Shown: piece by piece, positions 10,064 through 18,595 of the stretch
Layout: every line of letters begins with the position of its first letter
Numbering within the stretch: the stretch's first letter is position 1
Assembly (NCBI GenBank): GCA_014239435.1
Contig: JAAZYX010000033.1
Span: forward strand, 64,871-88,870
DNA length: 24,000 nucleotides
From: Fidelibacterota bacterium
GTDB taxonomy: Bacteria > Fidelibacterota > Marinisomatia > Marinisomatales > TCS55
Reading direction: 5' to 3'
Notes under the pieces: generated by a model
Databases searched by the model: none
What the model saw: the letters and a program-made list of their open reading frames with translations, nothing else
What the model was told of the DNA's origin: nothing
Program-made: the position numbers and the translations under genes

Positions 10064-10512
10064 AGTGGAAACTCCAGCATCACCATTTCAACTTCGCGCG
10101 TTTTCGTAACGTTATGTCTCGCAGATGTAAAATCTTGCCAGGTAATCCATGCTTTAAATCTATACCGATCCATTCCGCCGGTCGAATCAGCTGGTTCTTT
10201 GTGAATAGGGTCGTAGAAAATTTTCGCTTCGATTCTATCCGGATTTTCATCGTCCCCTAAAAGGAAAACCTTTTCACCATCTAAATTTCCGCCCCTCTCA
10301 ATACCGGATAAGCGTCCGTCGGCAATGCGGCCTTTCATGCCTTCCACAAAACTTAGTAATTCTTCAGTGGCGCGCTCCCGAATCTCAAGTGCCTGCAGTT
10401 CTCCTCTGGCATGCACAGCGCCAAGCATCAATCCGAATGCCGCCACACTTACAATTATAACAGCAATCAGCACCTCGATGAAAGTAAACCCGGTTGAAGT
10501 TTTCAATTTCAT
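10060..10512 (-). CDS. Minor pseudopilin, PilV/GspI-like, prepilin-type N-terminal methylation motif
   Basis: STGFTFIEVLIAVIIVSVAAFGLMLGAVHARGELQALEIRERATEELLSFVEGMKG. Confidence 0.85.
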   Translation of the reverse strand: MKLKTSTGFTFIEVLIAVIIVSVAAFGLMLGAVHARGELQALEIRERATEELLSFVEGMKGRIADGRLSGIERGGNLDGEKVFLLGDDENPDRIEAKIFYDPIHKEPADSTGGMDRYRFKAWITWQDFTSARHNVTKTREVEMVMLEFPL

Positions 10513-11565
10513 TTACAGAACTTTAGATTCAAACAGTTTAGGATTTTCGGCCAATCCAGCAGCCTGAGACCGATCAATCAGCGCCTGCGTTACAAGCCTT
10601 TGCAAATCCTGATCCAGTGTTTGCATCCCATCTACGCCTCCGGACTGCATTACAGATGGAATTTGGTAAATCCTATCCTCGCGAATCAGGTTTCGAATCG
10701 CAGTTGTCGCTATCAGGATTTCCAGCGCAGGGACTCTACTTTTGCCATCTTTTGACGGCAATAATTTTTGAGAAATAACGGCTTCTAAACTTTCGGACAG
10801 CATTGAACGAATTTGGCTTTTCTGACTTGCCGGAAAAATATCAATAATCCTATCCACCGCTTTTACCGAGCTGGATGTATGCAAAGTAGACAATACAAGG
10901 TGGCCCGTTTCAGCGGCTGTAAGCGCGAGTGAAATGGTATCGAGGTCACGCATTTCACCCACCAAAATCACATCCGGATCTTCACGAAGGGCCGCTCTTA
11001 ACGCATTTGCAAAACTGTGTGTCGTTAGTCCTAACTCTCTCTGGTTGATGAGGCATTGGCTTGAACGATGAAAATATTCAACCGGGTCTTCGATCGTAAT
11101 AATATGCTTTGATTTATTTTGATTGACATGATCCACCATGGCGGCAAGCGTCGTACTCTTTCCCGATCCGGTTGGACCCGTAAGGAGGACCAAGCCATTT
11201 TCAAGCATTGCTAAATTCGCAAGAACTGGCGGAAGACCGAGCTCTTCAAATCCTTTTGGGACTTCAGAAATTGTCCTGAATACGCCTGCAAGACCGCTGA
11301 TTTGGTGAAAGAAATTCACACGGAATCTTCCCTGACCATCTAATTTATAAGACAGGTCAATTTCCTTGTCTTCCCGGTAGCGGCTGATTTGATCTTCTTC
11401 CATTACTTGAGGAAGAATAGTTTCCATATCCGTTTCTTCTAAGGCTGGCATGTTCAACGGTTTCATTGTACCGTTAATCCGAACCATGGGTATGGACCCC
11501 GTACTTAAATGCAAATCCGACGCACCGCTATCGAGCGCGTACGTTAGTAATTCATTAATGTTCAT
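10513..11565 (-). CDS. pilT: Twitching motility/pilus retraction ATPase PilT
   Basis: 350 aa with Walker A LLTGPTGSGKSTTLAAMVD, HIITIEDPVEY, ALREDPDVILVGEMRDLDTISLALTAAETGHLVLSTLHT. Confidence 0.96.
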   Translation of the reverse strand: MNINELLTYALDSGASDLHLSTGSIPMVRINGTMKPLNMPALEETDMETILPQVMEEDQISRYREDKEIDLSYKLDGQGRFRVNFFHQISGLAGVFRTISEVPKGFEELGLPPVLANLAMLENGLVLLTGPTGSGKSTTLAAMVDHVNQNKSKHIITIEDPVEYFHRSSQCLINQRELGLTTHSFANALRAALREDPDVILVGEMRDLDTISLALTAAETGHLVLSTLHTSSSVKAVDRIIDIFPASQKSQIRSMLSESLEAVISQKLLPSKDGKSRVPALEILIATTAIRNLIREDRIYQIPSVMQSGGVDGMQTLDQDLQRLVTQALIDRSQAAGLAENPKLFESKVL

Positions 11566-11571
11566 AAAATT

Positions 11572-11979
11572 CTATTCGCGTTTCTTGGTTCCGTAACCCG
11601 TGTATTGGCCCGTCTCCGCATTGTATTCAACAACCTTACCCTCTCCGCCTTCCATTTCGCTGGTGCTGGTGGCGAGGACGCGTTCCGGCATTTGGATTTC
11701 GAAGATCCATTGCCGTTTCGTTGCGCGGTCAATATTGAGCTGTCCCGCACGCTCAATTTCTTCAACATCCCCCGGCCATTCACCATACGTCTGGCGGTAC
11801 ATTTTGGCTCCGTTCGTAATACTACCGATGACTGATTTCGCTTCCGATGCACGGGCACTTTCGACATAATCAATATAAATCGGCACAGCCACTGCGGCCA
11901 AGATAGCAACAATAACAACCACTACCATTATCTCGATCATAGTGAAACCTTTGGTACAATATTTTTTCATCTTATTCAT
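11572..11979 (-). CDS. Type IV prepilin / major pseudopilin-like protein
   Basis: Start placed at MNKMKKYCTKGFTMIEIMVVVVIVAILAAVAVPIYIDYVESARASEAKSVIGSI; the upstream 37 residues of the 172-aa ORF look non-coding (leader region). Confidence 0.9.
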   Translation of the reverse strand: MNKMKKYCTKGFTMIEIMVVVVIVAILAAVAVPIYIDYVESARASEAKSVIGSITNGAKMYRQTYGEWPGDVEEIERAGQLNIDRATKRQWIFEIQMPERVLATSTSEMEGGEGKVVEYNAETGQYTGYGTKKRE

Positions 11980-12158
11980 GGTCTTTTTCCTGTTCGTTGG
12001 TGAATGAGTTTTATTTGGTTCAAATAAAGTCGAGAAATTTACAAAATTTTCCTGACTTCTACTAACGAGTGCCCTGCTGGACTTTTGCATTGGTTTTTCT
12101 CCCTAATTCAAAGGACATTAACGAGCGGACAATTGAGATGCCAACAGTATTTTACTCG

Positions 12159-12418
12159 TCAATAATAGACGGTGAATTTCTTAACCGTAATCGCAAGCTG
12201 ATGTTCGTCCGGTGAACTCGCCTTTGAATAAGCTCGGGGTGGTTCTTTCTTCCCCTTTTCATCTTCAAGAAATGCCGTCCATCTATCCAGCGCATGAAAC
12301 TGATGCGGATCTATGGTCAAAAAATGTCCGGGCTCATAATCGAGATGGTCGTTTCCTGTATTACATCTGCGACCATGACTTCCAGTGTTTTGGTTTTCTT
12401 GCTCGCTTTATTGTCCAT
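12159..12418 (-). pseudogene. Truncated, frameshifted remnant of a ferredoxin/FAD-NAD(P)-binding oxidoreductase-like gene
   Basis: Manual translation. Frame 1 from ATG 12418: MDNKASKKTKTLEVMVADVIQET... to a TGA at 12317. Frame 2 from 12356: GNDHLDYEPGHFLTIDPHQFHALDRWTAFLEDEKGKKEPPRAYSKASSPDEHQLAITVKKFTVYY* (stop 12159). PGHFLTID...RAYSKASSP...LAITVK matches the FAD-binding N-terminal domain (RxYS motif) of ferredoxin-NADP reductase-type proteins; the NAD-binding half is absent. Confidence 0.75.
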
Positions 12419-12421
12419 GAT

Positions 12422-13387
12422 TTATAGTGCGGAAAATTTCTCGGTTGCTTCGATCAATTTTGATTTGATTCCCGGTTCTGTCATGGAATGGCCTGCATCC
12501 TGAATGATATGGAAATCCGCCTCCGGCCATGCTGTGTGGAGATCCCAAGCCGAGGTCATAGGGCAAACAACATCATACCTCCCCTGAATAATTACAGCTG
12601 GAATGTGCCGAATTTTTTCGATATCCTGAAGAAGTTGATCTTCCGGATTAAACCAGCCGCCATTCACAAAAAAGTGGCATTCGATACGAGCAAATGCCTC
12701 CGCAAATTCATCCTGCCCAAATCGTTCTACTAAATTTGGATCGGAATATAATTTGCTGGTTGCACCTTCCCAAATTGCCCATGCTCGTGCCGCTTCCAGC
12801 CTTTGCTTCGAATCTTCCGATGTCAGTCTTGTGTAAAATGCGGATAACAAATCACCTCGTTCTGCGCTGGGAATCGGTTTGATATAATGCTCAAATGCAT
12901 CCGGATAAATTTCACTGGCACCTTTCTGATAAAACCATTCAAGTTCCTTTTTCCTCAGCATGAAAATTCCTCTTAAAATTAGTCCTTTCACGCGATTAGG
13001 ATGGGCTTGGGAATAGGCCAATGCCAATGTACTTCCCCAACTCCCTCCAAATACCACCCAGGAATTTATTCCCAGTTTTTCTCTGACTTTTTCAATATCA
13101 GCCACAAGGTCCCATGTTGTGTTTTCTTTCAGTTCGGCAAATGGAGTACTTTCCCCGCATCCACGCTGATCAATCAGAATCAACCGCCATTTCTCAGGAT
13201 GGAAATATTGGCTGTAAAAAGGTTCAATTCCCCCTCCCGGCCCGCCATGGAGAAAAACCACAGGTTTTCCGTTTGCATTACCGGTTTCTGACACATGAAT
13301 CGTATGTAATTCCGAAACATCCAGATTAAAAGTATTCAAAGAATCAATAGGCGGAAATAATTCCAATCCTTTAGAATTTGAGGTCAT
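12422..13387 (-). CDS. pip: Proline iminopeptidase (alpha/beta hydrolase)
   Basis: NGKPVVFLHGGPGGG, LILIDQRGCGESTP, WVVFGGSWGSTLALAYSQAHP, AGHSMTEPG: classical Pip motifs. Confidence 0.93.
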   Translation of the reverse strand: MTSNSKGLELFPPIDSLNTFNLDVSELHTIHVSETGNANGKPVVFLHGGPGGGIEPFYSQYFHPEKWRLILIDQRGCGESTPFAELKENTTWDLVADIEKVREKLGINSWVVFGGSWGSTLALAYSQAHPNRVKGLILRGIFMLRKKELEWFYQKGASEIYPDAFEHYIKPIPSAERGDLLSAFYTRLTSEDSKQRLEAARAWAIWEGATSKLYSDPNLVERFGQDEFAEAFARIECHFFVNGGWFNPEDQLLQDIEKIRHIPAVIIQGRYDVVCPMTSAWDLHTAWPEADFHIIQDAGHSMTEPGIKSKLIEATEKFSAL

Positions 13388-13905
13388 GAGGCATTTCCTT
13401 CTTCAGCGAGTATCAATTCATCGGATAATTCTAAAATTCTGTTTTTCAAATTTACATCTGAGATTGTGTCATCCGTAAAACCGGCTTTTGTCGTATAAAC
13501 ATACCGCGGGATTATCCGGCATCTGAAATCAAGCATTAAACTGTTTAGAAACGGCATAGGACTCATATAGCTTCCTTGTCCGCCGGCGGAACACGCCAAG
13601 CCGATGGACTTTCCTTCCCACGCTTTTCCGGTTAATTCAACTAGATTTTTCAAAACGGCATTAACATCATAATTGTACACAGGCGACGCGCATAGGATTG
13701 TGTCCGCTGCGAGAATCTTTTTCTTGATATCCAGTACGTTTTGATCTGAATAGCAAGCATCGCCATCGCAAAATGGAAGAGAAATATCCTGTAAATCGAG
13801 AAATTCTGTTTCTTGTTTTTTCCCCGTCAGAATGTTAAAAACAGATAGCGCAACAATTCGGCTGCTGCTGTTTGGATTTAGGCTGGCACTAATAATGAGT
13901 ATCAT
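13384..13905 (-). CDS. NADPH-dependent FMN reductase family protein
   Basis: MILIISASLNPNSSSRIVALS...ILAADTILCASPVYNYDVNAVLKNLVELTG...GKSIGLACSAGGQGSYMSPM, flavodoxin-like fold; 4-nt overlap with pip. Confidence 0.8.
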   Translation of the reverse strand: MILIISASLNPNSSSRIVALSVFNILTGKKQETEFLDLQDISLPFCDGDACYSDQNVLDIKKKILAADTILCASPVYNYDVNAVLKNLVELTGKAWEGKSIGLACSAGGQGSYMSPMPFLNSLMLDFRCRIIPRYVYTTKAGFTDDTISDVNLKNRILELSDELILAEEGNAS

Positions 13906-13932
13906 AAATTTCCTTTCAAATCTGTGAAAACT

Positions 13933-14157
13933 TTAATTTTTCCAGTAAGATTCTATCCACCCGTAATAATGATTCAATTTCACACTATCATTGTTTTCTT
14001 TAAACCAATTTCCAATTTGATGGATTGGATCGGATGTACTCTGTAATTCTCTCGAATGCAGATTCGTTCCGAACGATGTGTTCATAATAATTTCTTTGCT
14101 AAACCATTGTAGAGGCGCGATATTTATCCATCCTACATTTGTATTCACGACAACCAC
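13933..14157 (-). CDS. Hypothetical small ORF (real start could be Met at 14085)
   Basis: 74-aa ORF filling a gap between comM and the FMN reductase, same direction; no recognisable motif. Confidence 0.3.
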   Translation of the reverse strand: MVVVNTNVGWINIAPLQWFSKEIIMNTSFGTNLHSRELQSTSDPIHQIGNWFKENNDSVKLNHYYGWIESYWKN

Positions 14158-15686
14158 AATTTTCGATCAAGGCTGCGGTACTGAATCGCTTCGCTTACAT
14201 GTTGTGGACTGATTTTTTCGGAAGATTCTAAATCTGCGATGGTCCGGGATACTTTTAATATCCGATCGTATGCCCGTGCTGAAAGTCCCAGTTTTTCCAT
14301 GGCCGTTTTCAGCAAATCTGATGCTTCTTTCCCGAGTTTGCAGTCATCAGCGATATCCTTGGATTCCATCTGCGCATTGGAAAAAATGGATTCTCTTCCC
14401 TCAAACCTTTTGAGCTGAACATTGCGCGTACTCTGCACTCTTTTTTGCACAAATTTGGATGCTTCTCCGCTTTCTTTTTCTGATAATTCATCAAAGGAAA
14501 TTGCAGGCACTTCAATGTGAATATCAATGCGGTCCATCAGCGGGCCCGAAATTCTGCTCATGTATTTTTGAATCAATTGCGGATTGCAGGTGCATTCGTT
14601 CTTCGGATCGGTGGCATAGCCGCACGGACACGGATTCATAGCCGCGACCAGCATAAAATTGGATGGATAGGTTAATGACATGGTTGCGCGCGCAATGGTT
14701 ACCGACCCGTCCTCCAGCGGCTGTCGCATAACCTCCAGAACATTTTTCTTAAATTCCGGAAGTTCATCTAAAAATAAAACGCCATTGTGCGCAAGGCTGA
14801 CTTCGCCCGGTTTCGGAACCGTTCCGCCGCCAATCAGGCCTGCGTCCGAAATGGTGTGATGCGGCGAGCGGTAGGGACGCGTCGCAATCAATCCCTGTCC
14901 ATCGGGAAGCAATCCGGACACCGAATGGATTTTTGTTGTCTGCAGGGCTTCTTCAAGCGCAAGGTCAGGGAGAATAGTCGGAAGCCGTTTTGCGAGCATT
15001 GTTTTTCCGCTTCCGGGAGGACCAATCATGATGACGTTATGTCCTCCGGCTGCCGCCACTTCCACCGCTCGCTTCACATGTTCCTGTCCTTTTACATCCG
15101 CAAAATCCAGATCGTATTTCTTCTGCTCATTAAACAATTTCTGCCGGTCTACTTTGACGGGATCCATCGTCATTTTTCCATTTAACAGCGCCGCCACTTC
15201 CGCGAGCGAATCCACACCTGCCACTTTGATTCCATCCACTATTCCGGCTTCCTGTGCATTTTCATTCGGAAGAATGATTCCCTTAATTCTCTCTTTGACA
15301 GCATTGATGGCTATGGGTAAGGCGCCTTTGATTGGGCGCAGAGAACCATCTAACGCAAGCTCACCGAGCAACAGTAAATTGTTGAGGAAATTCCCTTTTA
15401 CGGCGCCGGTTGCAGCGAGAATTCCCACGGCAATTGGAAGGTCAAATGCGGAGCCTTCTTTCCGGATGTCCGCCGGTGCGAGGTTGATGGTAATATGTTT
15501 GTGCGGCAATATAAAATCGCTGTTGCGAATAGCCGCCGTTACGCGTTCTTTGCTTTCTTTCACTGCGCCTTCCGGCAAGCCAACGGTAATGAATTTGGGT
15601 AATTGCGCGCCGCTCAGGTTTGCTTCAACTTCTACAATATATGCATTAATTCCGAGGACAGCGCTGCTGAGAACCTTGGATACCAT
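14145..15686 (-). CDS. comM: YifB/ComM family Mg chelatase-like AAA+ ATPase
   Basis: 513 aa: [83 protein letters not shown]. Confidence 0.95.
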   Translation of the reverse strand: MVSKVLSSAVLGINAYIVEVEANLSGAQLPKFITVGLPEGAVKESKERVTAAIRNSDFILPHKHITINLAPADIRKEGSAFDLPIAVGILAATGAVKGNFLNNLLLLGELALDGSLRPIKGALPIAINAVKERIKGIILPNENAQEAGIVDGIKVAGVDSLAEVAALLNGKMTMDPVKVDRQKLFNEQKKYDLDFADVKGQEHVKRAVEVAAAGGHNVIMIGPPGSGKTMLAKRLPTILPDLALEEALQTTKIHSVSGLLPDGQGLIATRPYRSPHHTISDAGLIGGGTVPKPGEVSLAHNGVLFLDELPEFKKNVLEVMRQPLEDGSVTIARATMSLTYPSNFMLVAAMNPCPCGYATDPKNECTCNPQLIQKYMSRISGPLMDRIDIHIEVPAISFDELSEKESGEASKFVQKRVQSTRNVQLKRFEGRESIFSNAQMESKDIADDCKLGKEASDLLKTAMEKLGLSARAYDRILKVSRTIADLESSEKISPQHVSEAIQYRSLDRKLWLS

Positions 15687-15878
15687 CTAGTTGCAGGTGA
15701 AGAATCCTTTGATGGCTAGGTACGGAATCAGGATGTACAAAATAGAATCTCTAATGAGGTAATAGAGGAAAAAGGCAGCGAGCACCACCCAGCCTTTTTG
15801 TTTGATCAGAAATTTATAGCCGCCCTCCCGCCGAATTGCACCCCATTCTTCCAGGAATCGAGGCCGGTAAAATGACAT
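15687..15878 (-). CDS. Small putative membrane protein, unknown function
   Basis: 63-aa ORF directly abutting comM and overlapping the upstream gene by 1 nt; one hydrophobic segment (WVVLAAFFLYYLIRDSILYILIPYLAI). Confidence 0.6.
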   Translation of the reverse strand: MSFYRPRFLEEWGAIRREGGYKFLIKQKGWVVLAAFFLYYLIRDSILYILIPYLAIKGFFTCN

Positions 15879-16321
15879 CAGTCGTCGTCCGGTTTTATTT
15901 TATCGAATTTCATTTTTTCGTACTTGTCCCAGAGCGTTTCGCCGGAAGTTTGCTGAAAGCGGAACGCAAATGACATGGCCTCAAAAAATGGACGGTTCAC
16001 ATATTCTTCGTGACTGTAATATTCATCAATCCACACAACAAACTGGCTGATTTCTTCTTCTTTGAGCTTGTCAAAAATACCGTAAACAAGTTCGGCCCTG
16101 TTCTCGTAATACCACGTTGTTACTTCATCATATCCGCGCTGCTTGATAAGATCCTGATGCGTTTCATACACTTGAGTCAAATAAGAAAAAAGGTAGAGTT
16201 CCTTTTCTCCCGGCGTCAGTGTTTTCCAGTATGCTACCGCTGGGGACAGTGTTTCGGGTACCGGTTTGTCCTGAGAAAATGCACACGTTGAGATCAACAA
16301 TAAACTTATGAGAATTCTCAT
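15878..16321 (-). CDS. Secreted hypothetical protein
   Basis: 147 aa with signal peptide MRILISLLLISTCAFS; 4-nt overlap with ispG. Confidence 0.7.
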   Translation of the reverse strand: MRILISLLLISTCAFSQDKPVPETLSPAVAYWKTLTPGEKELYLFSYLTQVYETHQDLIKQRGYDEVTTWYYENRAELVYGIFDKLKEEEISQFVVWIDEYYSHEEYVNRPFFEAMSFAFRFQQTSGETLWDKYEKMKFDKIKPDDD

Positions 16322-17403
16322 GATTCTTCTCCTTCTTCCGCGACCTCTTTTTCATAATCTGAGATCATTTCTTCCAATTTTTCCATGGCCGCCTCTTCGC
16401 TGACCTTTCCGATGTTTTCGCCTTTATAATACAAATGTCCCGCGCCTTTCCCAAAAGCAATTCCAAGATCGGTGTGTTCCGCCTCGCCTGGCCCGTTTAC
16501 CGCACAGCCCATCAGCGCAACACTCATGGGGGTTTTCACTTTTTTGAATCTTTCTTCCATGTCACCGGCAATCTTGAAGAGATCCACTTCGAGCCGTCCG
16601 CAGGTCGGGCAGGCAACGACTGTAACGCCTTTGGTCGCGAGCCCAAGTGATTTCAATATTTCATAACCGCAATGCACTTCTTCCACGGGATCGTCCGTAA
16701 GGCTTACGCGAATTGTGTCGCCAATCCCTTCCTTTAAAAGTGTTCCCAATCCAACGGCAGATTTGATGCTGCCTGCTTTGGTCGGCCCAGCTTCGGTCAC
16801 GCCCAAGTGTGTGGGATAATCAAATTCTTTGGCGAATAATCGGTAGGCATCAATCATCAGATTTACGTCCGATGCTTTCAGGGAAACAATAATATCTTCA
16901 AAATCGTGCTCTTTACAAATATCTATATGGCGCCTTGCGCTTTCCACCATTGCCTCCGCAGTTGGATAGCCGTATTTCTCGATTAAATCCCGCTCAAGAC
17001 TGCCGGCATTTACGCCGATACGAATCGGAAGATTGGCGCCTTTTACTTTTTCGAGCACTTCCTTCACGCGCGCCTTTCCACCGATATTCCCGGGATTGAT
17101 TCGAATCTTATCCGCGCCGGCATCCACGGCCTCGAGTGCCATACGATAATTAAAATGAATATCGGCGACTAGGGGAACGGTCATGTGTTTTTTGATTTCC
17201 GGCAGCGCCTTGGCAGCTTTTTCATCGGGAACCGTGATCCGGATAATTTGGCAGTCTGCTGCTTCCAAACGATCCACTTCCTTCAGCGTCGCCTTGATGT
17301 CATGCGTCTTGGTGGTTGTCATGGACTGCACCGGAATCGCAGCGCCACCGCCGATAGGAACATCGCCTACCATTACTTTTCGTGTTTCGTGCCGTTCAAT
17401 CAT
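16318..17403 (-). CDS. ispG: 4-hydroxy-3-methylbut-2-en-1-yl diphosphate synthase (IspG/GcpE)
   Basis: 361 aa: VMVGDVPIGGGAAIPVQSMTTTKTHD, VPLVADIHFNYRMALEA, DKIRINPGNIG, VVACPTCGRLEVDL, ALMGCAVNGPGEAEHTDLGIAFG. Confidence 0.96.
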   Translation of the reverse strand: MIERHETRKVMVGDVPIGGGAAIPVQSMTTTKTHDIKATLKEVDRLEAADCQIIRITVPDEKAAKALPEIKKHMTVPLVADIHFNYRMALEAVDAGADKIRINPGNIGGKARVKEVLEKVKGANLPIRIGVNAGSLERDLIEKYGYPTAEAMVESARRHIDICKEHDFEDIIVSLKASDVNLMIDAYRLFAKEFDYPTHLGVTEAGPTKAGSIKSAVGLGTLLKEGIGDTIRVSLTDDPVEEVHCGYEILKSLGLATKGVTVVACPTCGRLEVDLFKIAGDMEERFKKVKTPMSVALMGCAVNGPGEAEHTDLGIAFGKGAGHLYYKGENIGKVSEEAAMEKLEEMISDYEKEVAEEGEES

Positions 17404-17441
17404 AGACTATAAAGTTACCGGTGACAGAACACAACCTCCAA

Positions 17442-18560
17442 TCACTTCGCATAGGTAAATGGTTTTTGAATAAACGCTTCCGCATCGCGCATGGCCTGCG
17501 TCATGTTATCCAATTCCATGCAGCTCCGGTAGGATTGAACTGCACCTTTTCGCTCTCCTCTTAAGTCGAGTAATTTCCCTTTTAACAGAAACGTTTCGCC
17601 CAGAATAATATCCAATTCCGCTCTGTAAGATGAAATAGTTTGATTCGCATATCGCAACGAAACATCTTGATTTCCGGAATGAAAATGATACAGCGCCCAT
17701 TCAAAATTCAGATATCCTGTAAACCACTCTTGCTGAATTTCGGTAAGTGATTCGATGGATGCATTAAGGATTGTTAAAGAAGTAAATGCTTCATCCAGTT
17801 TCCCGTTGCGAATTAGGCTTTCGGTAAACATAATTCTGTAATAAAAATTTTTGGGATACGCCTGTACCAATTTGCGAGATATTATTTCCGCTTCTTCAGG
17901 ATTTCTGTCAGACCATAAATAGATAAAAGAAAGTATTGCGCTCGCTTCTGTCCAAGCCCACGGTCCTTCTTCTGCCGCTTTACGAATTTTTATTAGTCCT
18001 GATTCGCGTGATGCATCCAGCCCAAACAAGCCAGCGGCAAACTGAATAAGTCCATGGCTCATGCCGGCAAAATATTCCACGATGCCGATCGGAAGATTTG
18101 CATCCACAAGCGTCGAATCTTTCTCAGCCACATCTTGAATTATCCTGAAACCACGGTATGCGTTAGATAAGGTATTTACCCATTCCTTTTTTCCCAGACT
18201 AATGCGCGCCTTTAAACCCAGCGCAGACCCGTAATACAGGCGTATTTCCTGATTGTCAGGATTCATTTCCATCAGCAATTCATACACCGGAATGATTTCG
18301 TTTAAATCTGTTTCAAGCGTTTGGTAGGCGATTTCGGTCGAACTATTATATTGAGAGTCCAGCCATTTTGATGCTGCCCAAATCAGATGAATTCCGGGGT
18401 GATCTGAAAATTCTTCGCGTGCATTTCCCAATTTTTCAACTGCCAAATCTGTTTCATAATTATAAAAAGCACGAACGCCTTCACGGACTTTTTCATCGGC
18501 AGGATGCACTGCAAAAAGAATGGAAAAATACAGCAGCAAGAAAATGGATTTCTGTTTCAT
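17442..18560 (-). CDS. TPR-like secreted protein
   Basis: 372 aa, signal peptide MKQKSIFLLLYFSILFAVHPA, helical repeat composition; operon-like position. Confidence 0.6.
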   Translation of the reverse strand: MKQKSIFLLLYFSILFAVHPADEKVREGVRAFYNYETDLAVEKLGNAREEFSDHPGIHLIWAASKWLDSQYNSSTEIAYQTLETDLNEIIPVYELLMEMNPDNQEIRLYYGSALGLKARISLGKKEWVNTLSNAYRGFRIIQDVAEKDSTLVDANLPIGIVEYFAGMSHGLIQFAAGLFGLDASRESGLIKIRKAAEEGPWAWTEASAILSFIYLWSDRNPEEAEIISRKLVQAYPKNFYYRIMFTESLIRNGKLDEAFTSLTILNASIESLTEIQQEWFTGYLNFEWALYHFHSGNQDVSLRYANQTISSYRAELDIILGETFLLKGKLLDLRGERKGAVQSYRSCMELDNMTQAMRDAEAFIQKPFTYAK

Positions 18561-18595
18561 GGAATTATACTAAAAAAGTTGTAAAAGAAATGCGC

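Noticed and set aside
11562-11918. 118-aa minus-strand ORF overlapping the prepilin gene
   Set aside because: Alternative frame of the clear prepilin; composition typical of a shadow ORF.
12212-12427. 71-aa plus-strand ORF between pip and the pilus operon
   Set aside because: Antisense to the oxidoreductase remnant, which explains the sequence better.
13933-14157. Considered whether the 74-aa ORF is a remnant of a pyridoxamine oxidase-like gene ([12 protein letters not shown])
   Set aside because: The similarity is limited to a short string and nothing downstream supports it; kept only as a low-confidence hypothetical.
15028-15690. 220-aa plus-strand ORF antisense to comM
   Set aside because: Low-complexity Ser/Thr/Ala/Pro-rich composition is expected from the antisense of a coding frame; comM is unambiguous.
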